Part shown: positions 52,501 to 64,000 of the stretch, piece by piece | Layout of the letters: each line of letters starts with the position of its first letter | Numbering within the stretch: position 1 is the first letter of the stretch | From: Paraphysomonas bandaiensis | Taxonomy: Eukaryota > Protista > Chrysophyceae | DNA: 64,000 bases | Assembly (NCBI GenBank): GCA_965644295.1 | Contig: CBFFRP010000041.1 | Span: 62,001 to 126,000, forward strand | Direction: 5' to 3' | The notes under the pieces: generated by a model | Told to the model about the DNA's origin: nothing | The model's database searches: none | The model's input: the letters and a program-made list of their open reading frames with translations, nothing else | Translations under genes and position numbers: made by a program

Positions 52501-54367
52501 TGGGAAACGTTAATTAATTGGCTGGTTTAATTATATAGCATCTATCTTAAGATGTATAGCTAATGATCATAGGACACACAAAGTTTTACTATGATACGAG
52601 AGGCCTTTCTGGTCTAGGAAGAATGCCTAAGCGACACAAGCGGCCCGACTGACCCTTCCGCCTGTCTGTGTGTATAGGTACAAACCCATTATCTGTCTGT
52701 GTGTATGGAATATGGAATGTGTGTACAAACCCATTATCTCATCACACAAGAGAGTAATAACATGAACGGCTTTTGGATAAATGATGTACCTGCACACGAA
52801 GGTGACCTCAGTGAAGAGAAAGGGAATGATGAAGACGACGAGGCCATTCGTTTACGTAGGCACAACTGAAAGCGCAGAAAAGCACGCACCAAACTTCCAA
52901 CACAATATCGTTGCATGATGAAGCTTTTGTATAACGTTTGTGAAAGGTTGTTACGACATATATTTGCAAGCAAATGACACCTTAACACCTTGAAGTGTTA
53001 ATCGGTATCTTTGGGATGAGATTAGAGTTCCGAAAGTTATTCTAAAATTCGGAAATAGAATTGGTTACCTGTCACCAAATAGCTGTTACGCAAGCCCGAT
53101 CCATAAAACACTATATGCAACAATCCTTCTCAGATATCCACTTCCATGGTGGTACTCTAATGTGTTAAAATTAATATATCATATTTAAAGAATTGTCATT
53201 AAACATGTGGTACATAGTACATATATATATAGCTAGATAAGATTGAAGTGAACGAGTCCTAGTTGCCTCTTATATCTTACATAACAATGTTAATTATAAC
53301 TGGATATGCTACAAGCAACTTCTATGAGCTACATGTGCTATCTATCGATTCCCTGCCGGTGAAGTAATCGACGTGTTTATTCAGTGGACACGATATCACT
53401 GTATACTACATACTACTATCAGTGAGTATAGCATACATGATCATATACAGCACTCACTTACCTTAACTACATCCACATAACCAATAAGAGGAACTGCCAT
53501 AACTCGATCCCACTATCCATATATTTAATTCAGATTCCACAGCACTGAGAAGTCATCGCTTCGATTAGAGGATTAGTGTGTGCTCAGAGTGCTGTGGAAT
53601 CTGATGATATCAAACACTGAGTGTATGAATGCTATAATTCCACAGTGGCATCTTCATTATTAATAGTTCTGTCATGTCAGTGTGTATCAATACACTCCCA
53701 TGTCTAGATGAGGACCATCCCCTGGGCATCCTCGATGATCAGCCTGGAAGGCAGAGTATGCAGTCGACGTGTAGGACATACTGTATACATACACGAAGCC
53801 GGCAGATAGGGTTTCTTGAGGAAAAAGCCAGTTTTGAGGAACACAAAGTTGCTATTTTTGCACTAACCCCCCCCAAAAAAAACAACTCTCTCACTTGATT
53901 TTTATTGACAGGAATAATGAACATGAAACCACTCAGTTAACGCCTCTAATTAGAGTACCATGGAGTACCAGGAGTGCCAGGAGTACATATTGAGCTTCTT
54001 CCTCACTCTCACCTCACATCATGTGGCCGGTGTGGCTATCATATTGATATGGATACGATTTTAACATAGAATTCCAGGGTTTTCAGTGTTGATGTACAGA
54101 GTATATCAAACCCGATATTGTCCATATTTGGGATATTGGAGGCATACACCAAAAATAAATAATAGGGATTTTTTAAATAAAGACTTCAGAAAACCATGTT
54201 TTCGTGGAAGATTTTAGGATTTCCTACAGAGTATGTCGTCCTATATTTGGACAAGCGAAAGATGTGCATAGAAACCATATAAAAAAACCATATCACAAAT
54301 CAACATACATCCATATCTCTAGACGACTATATACACACATATATATATACATATCCAGCAGTTGAAT

Positions 54368-57300
54368 ATGTGGGGGGAAGATGAAATTGTATCTATTTCT
54401 ATAGAAAACAAGATCAAGTATGGTTCAGATGTGGGGCAGGCTCTGTTTCGAATGCTCAGACACTACCAGAGTGGTGACAGAGCTGTCCCCACTGGCCAGT
54501 CGCCTATATGGCTATTAGAACTACTTCAGAATGCAATAGACGCTGGTGCGGGGAGACTGAAGCTTATATTTGGTAGTGATAATACTGTGATAATAACTCA
54601 TGACAGTAGCAATAGGAAGGAACAAGGTCAGACCCCTTACACTCATATGACATGTGTATCATTGATAAGATCATGCCCTTATTTTAAACTTCTTTTAGGC
54701 ATGCAGCTGGACGAAGTGAAGGCCTTAAGTAATGTTTCTACCACTACGAAGTCCCTGTCTTCCATTGGTAATTACCCAACTGCTACCATAGATTTACATG
54801 TATATCTGAGATGACGTAGGGTTCTTTGGGATTGGGTTTAAATCGGTATTTAATGTGTTTCAAGAAGTTCGTTTGGCTACGAAGTGTGCTACTGGGGGGC
54901 ATGTGTTATTCCACGTTGGTGGGACACTACCATTATCAAGATCAGATATGCTTAACACTACTCTACCTGAATGGATTCCTGAACCCTTGCCATTGTCGTC
55001 AAACATAATGAGTGACTTTTATGATACTACATTTGTCCTCTCAGGGTGGAGATTTCTAAGCGAGTCTTCTAGGAATGTATTGAAAGAGATTATGAGTTGT
55101 GCTTGGGCACTCTGGCCGATATTAAAAATACATGGACTAAGAGATGTATGTGTCGTCCAAGGTGAACAGAGCATAGAGGTCATGGCGCCGTTGGACGGAC
55201 AGTATTTTGCTATCGAGGTTCCATGGGTTCCGTCTAAGAAGGCCATGCATTCTATGATAAAAATGCGCGATCTCAGTGTCAGGTCTCCTATAAGAACTGC
55301 TCTCTACCTACGGGGAGTTATCCGCCTTCCTATTCACACATCTTGTGATAGTCTGGTGTATTCCACATTTCCCACGCAGCTACAAACAGGTCTAGGTTTT
55401 TGTCTTGATGGACCGTTCATGGTCGATGCCAATAGACGAAATCTTTGTTGGGATAATGGGCGTGGGAAGGAATGGAATGGAGAATTAGTAAATTTAATTC
55501 CTTGCGTCATTAAAAAAGTAGCTACATGGCTTCCATCCTATATCAATGGCCTTTCTCGTGAAAAAAGGTTTGTCGAACAGGAGTTGAATGCGGGTTTAAA
55601 ACTTATTTTTGAATGGAAGAAAGATATTGCCAAGAATAAAACACTAATGGGACATTATTTAATTTCTAGTGCAAAGGAGAATGAACTTTGTAAAATACTA
55701 TCCCATGTTCCTTTTATACCAGTGAAGAGAGGGAATAACGAATATGAATGGGTGTGCCCTGTCGATATTACCTGGCCGAGTGAATGGTGTATTGAAATAC
55801 GTAACGCCTATGAACTGTACCCAACTCTCCCTTGTCTGAAACGCTCCCACCTGAAGTGCGTTTATAACCTTTCTTCCCGGGTGGCATTTCCGTCGAACTT
55901 TAATCTAACCGCAGAGGCCATTCGGCGTTGGCTTTCTTCCTTCTCTGACCCTGAGGAGGCCAATCAAGCTCTTCAGGAACTGTGGACTAAAGCTCCAGCT
56001 GGCATCAAAATACCATGTATACCTGTTCATGTGTATTCAGTCGACATGCAACCTGCAGCAGTGGACCCTGTTAAGAGGGGTGATTCGTACAACTTTGTTC
56101 CTTTTTCTGACTCGGTGTATCACACCTGTGATGTGCCTGCTATGTGGCTGGAAGTAATCATAGAATGTGTTCAAGAGGTGAAACTTACCGCTCACGTAGT
56201 TGCTAAGAAATATAATGACGCGGTGAAGCAATACAATAACGCAGTGAAGCCGAACGGGAAACGAATTCCCTCTGTGATGGATGTCTGCTTTATCACCACT
56301 TTGCTTAGCAAAGTGGAAGATATGGCCAAGAGATTTGATATGGCAATTCGATTCGCAGAACTCAGATACTTTTATGCTGTACAAACTTCTGTTCGGGATG
56401 TAAATTATTGGGTAGTTACGGAAGAGGCGTTCGTTGCAGAATGTAAGCATGGCGCCAGCGTATATCCTTTCCCTACAGAGTGGATGTCTAATCTTGAGTT
56501 GTCAACTTCGGCCAAGGATTCATTGGCCAAAGCCATAAATAGTAGTATTATTGAAAGTGCTACGTGTTGCCATGTACACACCGACATGATTAATTCATCG
56601 TGTAGAGTGTCCCCGCTGGAGTGGAAAAAGGCGTTGTTTGATCCCAACACTTTTCTGGATATTTTTATTGTCAAGCGTACAAGACGCACACACGATGAAA
56701 GAGAAGCTAGAGAATTCGGCGATCATGTGGATTCGAAGTGTAATTGTACTGGGTGGGGAAGTAGAAGAGGATATACTCTGATCGATTTCGAACTTACGCC
56801 TGTTGCTTTAAATAGCATAGAGTTTCTGCCATATGCATTGAATATGGTTCCGCAGGATGATCTGATGAGCCGTTTGTATCGAAAAGCAAACTTTGAAAAC
56901 AGCCCCAGCAGTGCACGGCTAGCTGACTGGCTCGATAAGATCGATCTAAGTCAACCAGAATTCCCAGAATTTTTATTGCGTGCAACGAATAATACGGAAA
57001 AACGAGTTGTAAAATTGCCGTCACTATCCTGTGGGATAGGTATACGTCGAACACTACCTCCCATATGTGAGTTACAGCGACGTGATGAGGTCAATCGTAA
57101 TTATTTTATTGGAAAAGACTGGGATAATAATGAGGAATGGAAACTTAAGAGAGATTTTGTGATTGCAAATTCTGAGGATCCATTTTCACTTTTGATTGAC
57201 GACGAATGGGAGGTACTTCCCAATCGGACTGATGTTGGTAGGGGCGACCTGCTCTTTGCTAACGCGTCAGGTACTGAACTTGCTGTGGTGGAGACCAAAG

Positions 57301-57455
57301 CAAATAAGTGCTCGACGAATGCAAATTTACGTAGGCAAGCGGAGAAATATGCTCTTATGTTGTATAATTTATATGGTCACATTGTTAAAGTGCGTGCCTA
57401 TACAGTGATGCAAAAAATTGACAATTTGAAAGAAGTTGAATTAAATATTGTTTGA
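54368..57455 (+). CDS. Sacsin/NOV-like GHKL (Hsp90-type) ATPase fused to a C-terminal PD-(D/E)xK nuclease
   Basis: Introns 54627-54698 and 54768-54819 give ELLQNAIDAGA..HD....GM..ALSNVSTTTK..IGFFGIGFKSVF. Sacsin-type VYSTFPT..TGLGFCLDGPF.VDANR. C-terminal EWEV..GRGDLLF..AVVETK..QAEKYA. Confidence 0.75.
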
Positions 57456-59236
57456 GCGTTTCAAAATGATGGGCACATTTAATCGTTCGCGGCTCCGGCT
57501 TCGTTCTACCGCACGTTTAATCTGGATTTATCCTCAACACATTACATGTGTTTAAGGTGTGAGATATATGTTCATGTATATAATATAAAAGTAATATCGG
57601 AAGTATAGTAATATTATTGAGGGATGAAATCTAACAATAATATTGCAATATATTGTTCCCTCTCTGTTAATAATAAACGATATCAATTCTTTGAATTACA
57701 TATACGAACTACGAATATGTTGTTAAGGTGTGTGTTACATTCATGGGAGGGTGGAATAGCTTCTAGAACAAAAAGAAAGGTCTCCGAGCGAAACGAAGAG
57801 TACAGCGGAGTTTTCTTAATAAATTCTTTTGGATATTAAATTACTAAAAAGGCAAACAAAATATACAAATCAGAAAGGTATCACATTGACAACAAGTGCG
57901 ACCACATTCAAAATTCACTTCAGTAAAATATTTAATAATTAAAATTAAAATTCAAATAACATGTAATAATAGGGACATTGCCCATAGCAATAATTTCCAA
58001 TGTTGAAGGTTTAGAGGTATGAATGGTGCTGAAGACACTGTAATACGCAACCATATGTACCCCATTCCGAGGGCGTGACCTTGTAAGGTGCCAGTGTTAA
58101 TCAAACTAAGTAACCAAACAAGTCCAAGCTAGATACACCATATGGGATTACGAGAAACCCCGCGCATTCTAGAGGAGGAGGAGACTCGGCCAATACTACG
58201 CTAGGCCTACTCTGAGTTATGCATGGTCATGTGCTTCCGCGTAATCTTTGTTAGGTGATGGGAAAATGAACATGGCTATACTAGAACATATATAAGTTTT
58301 GAATAACTATGTGAAATCCTGCGTAATCGTAGCGAAGATGAACACGTTTGGGGCGAACAGAATCTGTGCGTGATCTATGTGGTCAGCTACGTTGGTACAC
58401 GGGTAGGCGAGTGGTAGAACCAAAAATCCGCCTTCTGTATACTCCACTGTGAAATGGCCAGTATGTGGCCCGATATGTTCTTGGTCAGCTCAAGTTGTTA
58501 AGACCTGGAGCAGTGTCCCAATTGAGCAGCCTGAAGCACAAGCGTATTAGACAGTGGACATGACTCAGTTTGCATATCTTAGGTCTACGCCATAGCACTG
58601 CTCACTCGTGGAAGGCTTAGAAACTTGGGAAAGTTCATTCATACACAGCATAAGTGGGAGTCAGGTGTTGTTACTTCTAATGATTACCGAAGTGTAGGCC
58701 AGAGTTCGAATATGTTTTCTCTTTTGCGTACATATAAGATCGCAGGTGTTTGTTATTTATGTTTGAAATGAGTCAGCTGTTCCAACTGCTGTCTGTATAT
58801 GTACACCAAGATGAGTTCGCTGCTAATATATGGCTGTATTTACACAGAAAACAACAAAGAGAGATAACAGAATGCTAATGACGAGTGAATCCTGATATTC
58901 ATTCCATTCTATTGATCGGTCCAGTTCATCGTGAGGCAGTGTTAGACTAGAGGACATTGCACTGCAGAGAGCGGCATGACCCCCCCTCTCCCTGTGTGTG
59001 AAGTGGTTACATTGTCTGCTGAACTCCTGAAATGTTGAGCCTTAATATCTGAGTTTCTATTGCATTCAAACCAATGCAATGGAATACTAGTGCAAGTTAA
59101 GGTGCCTCTAACTGCCTGCGCATCATACACAGCCACATGTGCTGCTGTGTACTACTTTGTATCTTCAGTGCCGCTGTACGTGAATATATCTGTTGGCATA
59201 TCTCGAAAATTCCAAGTTTTTCGATTTATAACAAAA

Positions 59237-59249
59237 GAAATTTCTAGAA
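59237..59249. promoter_or_regulatory. Candidate heat-shock element (GAA-nn-TTC-nn-GAA)
   Basis: GAAATTTCTAGAA, ~340 bp upstream of the glutaredoxin ATG. Confidence 0.45.
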
Positions 59250-59586
59250 ATAGCGGTTTTATGGTGATAGAATAATAAATATTGAAAAACGGGATATTTT
59301 TAGAGCTCGTTGATGATACGAGCAGGACATGATAGTGTTCGTGCTGGACATACTGGTACTGTTGTACATAGGCAGAGCAGTACATATATACATCTACGTA
59401 TAGAACAATGCACACATAGTTGTTCCATGGACACAGTACAGCAGTACGTGTAGTGGAGTACTCATCAGCTCAGACGGAACACACAGTCCAGTGTATGTAT
59501 GTACAGACAGGATCAGCCACATGGCTGCATCACATGCACGTCTCTTAACGAACACAAGTCACACTTATCTCTAAGTTCATAAGATA

Positions 59587-60032
59587 ATGTTTACATCAAG
59601 ACTTCTACACTTCAGACAAGGCATAAAGACCACATCTGCTGTTAGGATAAGGAGGTCTACACTCACAGTGTTATGGAGTTCTCTAACTATACATATATAC
59701 ACAGGCAGTTCTCTGATGGTCAGTCTGTTAACCAGACGCTTACATTAATCACAGATGCTATAGCTTCAAATAAAGTGGTTATATTTTCAAAGACTTATTG
59801 TGGATACAGTTATCGAACGAAACAATTGTTTGAAGATATGAATGTGCCTGTATTGGTGATGGAGTTAGATCAAATGGAGAATGGAGATGAAATTCAAAAA
59901 ACATTAGCAGATTTCACTGGTCAACGAACTGTTCCAAATGTTTTTATTTGTGGTAAACATTTGGGTGGAAATGATGACACACATCGAGCGAAAGACAGCG
60001 GAGAACTGGAAAAGCTGCTCCGTGGTGCTTGA
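59587..60032 (+). CDS. Monothiol class I glutaredoxin (CGYS), probable mitochondrial presequence
   Basis: MFTSRLLHFRQGIKTTSAVRIRR, then intron 59655-59704, then VVIFSKTYCGYS, GQRTVPNVFI and GGNDD. Confidence 0.9.
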
Positions 60033-60174
60033 TGATATGCCGAAATGTAATGCTACTGAAAGAAGCTCTAGTCAGCGCAGAGCATGAAATACCAAAATAA
60101 ACTATTATATAAAGTATACTTTCAGAGTTCTTGATGTCTTGAAATAGTTCGTGAAATGGTTGGTTTTGCCATAT

Positions 60175-60290
60175 CAGGGCTAGGGAACAATATATTGCAA
60201 TACTATTGTTAGATAGCGTCGCACCAATAATATTGATGACATTTTTAAACCGGCCCAACAATACTGTTGCAATATATTACAATATGGTAA
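60175..60290. mobile_element. Orphan hAT/MITE-like terminus; inverted partial copy at ~57630-57666
   Basis: CAGGGCTAGGGAACAATATATTGCAATACTATTGTTAGAT matches 57630-57662 in reverse complement; repeated ATATTGCAATAT palindromes. Confidence 0.5.
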
Positions 60291-63215
60291 TAACGTTGTT
60301 CAGTACGTAAACGCTTGCGTCGATTCATTATTAGTGCTAGTCAGTAAGATCACATGATATCGAAACCCACTACGCTGCCAAAGACTACCTACTGCTTAGC
60401 TAGTCACAACTCTCCTCCTACTCATTCTCTGACGCATCAATGATGATGTTGTTATCACCACATTCATTCAAAATTAATTGCAATTTGCACCTGGCTACAA
60501 GTTTATTCAAAAATAATGTTTCATAAACAAGATTATTATATCAAGTGTACTAGAAGGGTGCATAACACTATAGCCACTATGACCACGTGCCGTACTTCTG
60601 TGGCTATAGTGTTTTACTACAAGACTACAATGCACTTGGAATGACTAGTTATACACGCATTCAGACAACCAATAATCACTTATATATTATTTATGGCAAC
60701 ACAGAAGTAAAGAACTAGTTCCACAATGACTATATTGAATGTCTAATTTTTAAGAAGCGCAAACGTGTGCGTTGTTGCGACCAACTTAACAACTCGCGCG
60801 ACACTGAGCATAACGTGACTCTCATCTAGTTACTATTGCATGCACCGACAAGTGCTCAACTATACAACACGATTTAGTTAGCTACATTGGCATACGACGA
60901 GTTGAGTGTTTAAGCCGGATCATACGCTCCTGCCCAATCTGCTTGTCCTAACACAAACAACTAGCGGTCGGTGTCTTCGGCATATGTCTCCTGTATATGC
61001 GGCAGATCTTTAGGGCCCTCTTCAAGGTGGTGTTCACAGAAGCAGGTAATCTGGAGGGGAGAATAGAGTAGCTCTAACGCCGGGTCCTCCCACGGTCACG
61101 AAGCGGTCTAACTGGTGCAATTTTGCACCTGACGAATAAAACAGGCATCTACCAAAATCTGTTACAAATTCAAGCTGACTCCAATGTCTTCCCCCCATTG
61201 TGTGCACTCGTCCAGCACATGCATCCACCTTGCACTCTTCTCCCAAGTTGCTTACACTAGTAGGAAGCCGTGCACCTTCCCCGCTGCTCGGATTAAAACC
61301 TACTAATAAGCAAGAATAACATAAAAGCACCACAAATGTACCTGACACCGCTTGGAGAACAGTCCCTGAGCCTTGATATAATCTCAATGGCCTGGGTCAG
61401 AAGAAACCAAGACTAGGCAGTAGAAGTGTGAGAAGAGATGACAGGTCTAATCACATCATTGCCATTGCCATGCATCCATCATGAGGAACGTTTTACACCA
61501 CCTCGGTCATTGGCCACACAGATGCCGAATAATGTGAACTCATACTCAGCATCAATCACGCAAACCAAACGCAGGGAGCAAGCAGAATGTTGATATATAC
61601 CTGACATCTGCTGACTTCAGGTTTTTTGAGTTCTTAAGGTGAACATCCCGGATGCTTAACTTCAGCAGGCAGCCCAATACCCCGGTTACCCTTCTGGTGG
61701 GCCCTGTCCCGGGTGTCCTTGAGGTGGGTCCATTCCCGGATGCATGTTTATTCGTCAGGGCTCAAAGACGTCTACACAAGTGACACTCATTAGTGTCCCT
61801 TGTACCCCACAAGCGTTTGTCTATGAATGGGCAGAACGATATCTGCTGACTGTATATTATGCGGCAAACGTTAGTTCCCCGGAGAAATATCTCCGGTACT
61901 TATCCCCCAGAACACCACGAAAAGGTGCGAGTCCGACTTTGTTGAGGGTCTACAATGACTAACGCCTCAGATTTCTCTGATACCTGGCCCAGTATTTGGA
62001 CTGCAGCTCTTCAGCATTGAAACCCAAAGCCTCGGGGAAAGGTCAGAGAGAAAACATGCAAGCCTCAAGAGCCACAGCGATGTACACAGGCCTTACTTAT
62101 ACTGGACACGTGTAAGAATTACATCCTAAGACCCCACTCTCCATTTATGATATATATATATATATATCACTATTGACTATATTTATCTCGGTGTTGTATA
62201 GAATATAATGGGTAGAACAAGAAGATTGTTCATAAACCTCAAATATCAACTATAAACGGCCAGGATAACAAAAATATAATATTATAGTATAGGTTGTTGG
62301 TGAGGTCATCAGAGATGATATTAATATGACACTGTACCGTGTAGTAGTAAAAGTCATTGGAATCTTAAATCACAACATAATCTAATATAATAAAGGCACA
62401 TAATCTAAGCATAAATATTATAGGGGTTACGTATTAAAGGGGCACTATATAAAAGTTGTCACAACTCGCATAAGGAATCTCTATGAACACGCATAAGTTA
62501 TCTACGTATAATCGCTATTCCAGACCAACAACGAAGGACATAATAACCTGAGCAAGAAATAAAGTTAAATTAGTTATAATAACTTACTTTAAACAGAAGT
62601 TGATATCATATCATACGACATTGCGTCACAAGTGACATAATACGTGCGTATTACATTGCATCTGCAAAGTAGCAACTCAGTAGCTTTCAAAGAGTTAAAA
62701 AACTACTTTTATAGAATAGTTTGTAATATGAAATCCAGTTCCAAAGCACTTGTGCCTATGGTGATATAAAAGTAGTAAAAGAACAACAAGAGAGACAGAA
62801 CACAAAGTGAAGGGAAGTTAATAGTTGAAGACACACACGCAACAAACAATATTAAAATAGCTTTTAAAATTCATTCGACCTAACTCTATAAACCAATTAG
62901 TGTATGAGATATTTTATTCCTTATATATTATTGTATTTTGTAATTTTCTCAAAACACTTGTAAATATTATTCTCTCTTTACATATATTTTATTCATTTAT
63001 ATACTTGATTAAAAGCGGTAATGCTTCAACCATCTCAATTGATCCTGCTATTGTTGGTTTTACTTCCCAACCTATTTCATAAATTTAAAATACTCTTTAA
63101 AATTTTTAGAAATAATATTTCATAAATACTTCTATTCTATCTTCCTACCATAGATAAAAATAATAATATAAAAAATAAAGTCAAATACAGTGTTTGAACC
63201 ATGAAAGCAAAGGAG

Positions 63216-63244
63216 CCATTACCATTAATGGTTACGCAAGCCTG
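63216..63244. mobile_element. Solo TIR of the 30885 hAT family
   Basis: CCATTACCATTAATGGTTACGCAAGCCTG, identical to the terminal sequence of the 30885-32794 element. Confidence 0.8.
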
Positions 63245-64000
63245 CAAGCACCCGTAGGCTCCTCCCCTCCTTTTGTGTGTGCGTCGTTATTATTCGCATT
63301 ATTGCCTACTGTCGGAAATATCGCAAAAAACAGTATCAGGTGTGTGCGGAACTAGAAGCAGAGGTCGCCGAGTTGAACGTTTATTATGACTTTATAATTA
63401 GAGCTTGATTCGACTCAGATAGCGCAAAGTAGCTTCAGGACTAAAATGATATTCTAAACAAGTTTTAAAAAATGCTGATCGAATATCGGTGCGGATCGAA
63501 TTGCTTGACCTGCACCTAAATAGTTTATAGATCACTACTTTTGCAACCTTGCAGAATAATTTATCTGTTTTCCGTATCTATACATCCATGTTACTATTTT
63601 GATTAAAAGAACAATACATTCTCAGCCATATACTAAATCCAGTGGCGCTTTGAAAAAGAAAAAAAGACATACGTTTCTAACTAATCCTTAATGCTTGGTC
63701 TGTAGGTCTGCTCTATATGCACTAGCACCACAGTCCACATTCGCCGACGTAGATGACAATCTATACAACTCTTGAACTACACCTTCCTGCTTCAAGTACT
63801 CAATGTTATTTATATCACACCACTCCTCATCATCACTGAAAGGGTACTATGCACCGTCGTGTCCGATGAACCGATCCTTATACTTTTCGAATAGATGATG
63901 AGTATCGTAGAAGAGAAGAATCTTGTTTAATTCAATCAGTCGAGTGCAGTCCCACGGAATATTCTTTGTTAGTATATCGCTACTGAGCAAAGCATTATCT

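Noticed and set aside
61034-61387. ORF with VDAC..GG..W, faintly like a DIRS-type RNase H
   Set aside because: Too weak; no RT or recombinase motifs could be recognised nearby.
61880-61897. CCGGAGAAATATCTCCGG hairpin as a Helitron 3' end
   Set aside because: No CTRR terminus at the expected distance.
1-64000. rRNA, tRNA, telomeric repeats or prokaryotic operons
   Set aside because: None recognised by eye; tRNAscan/Infernal were not run.

Overview
Compact, intron-rich eukaryotic genomic DNA (mostly 45-130 nt GT-AG introns, standard code). It is probably from a protist; a stramenopile is suggested by the IQ/WW-LRR, PT-linker and CudA-like proteins, but this is inference only. About 18 protein-coding genes can be reconstructed, many in head-to-head pairs: a beta-mannosidase 3' end, quinone oxidoreductase, PGM2, two CK1-like kinases, AASS, MAK16, prenylcysteine oxidase, a class V PLP lyase, an AIG1 GTPase, an LRR protein, three methyltransferases, a coiled-coil protein, a secreted lectin-like protein, a tandem-domain putative transcription factor, a GHKL ATPase-nuclease fusion and a glutaredoxin. 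Repeats include several hAT-family elements and MITEs, a decayed Tc1 (DD34E) element inserted in a (TACA)n array, an ~840 bp (ACAT)n array, an intronic minisatellite and an apparently exact 1180 bp tandem duplication. Three observations stand out. (1) A divergent pair of casein kinase 1 paralogues, largely missed by the ORF track, both begin with signal-peptide-like sequences, suggesting secretory-pathway CK1s. (2) A sacsin/NOV-type GHKL ATPase is fused to a C-terminal PD-(D/E)xK nuclease in the repeat-rich right third, a defence-like architecture. (3) An intronless AIG1/GIMAP GTPase carries a signal peptide and a cationic amphipathic tail. All gene models were spliced by eye and family calls come from motif recognition, not database searches.
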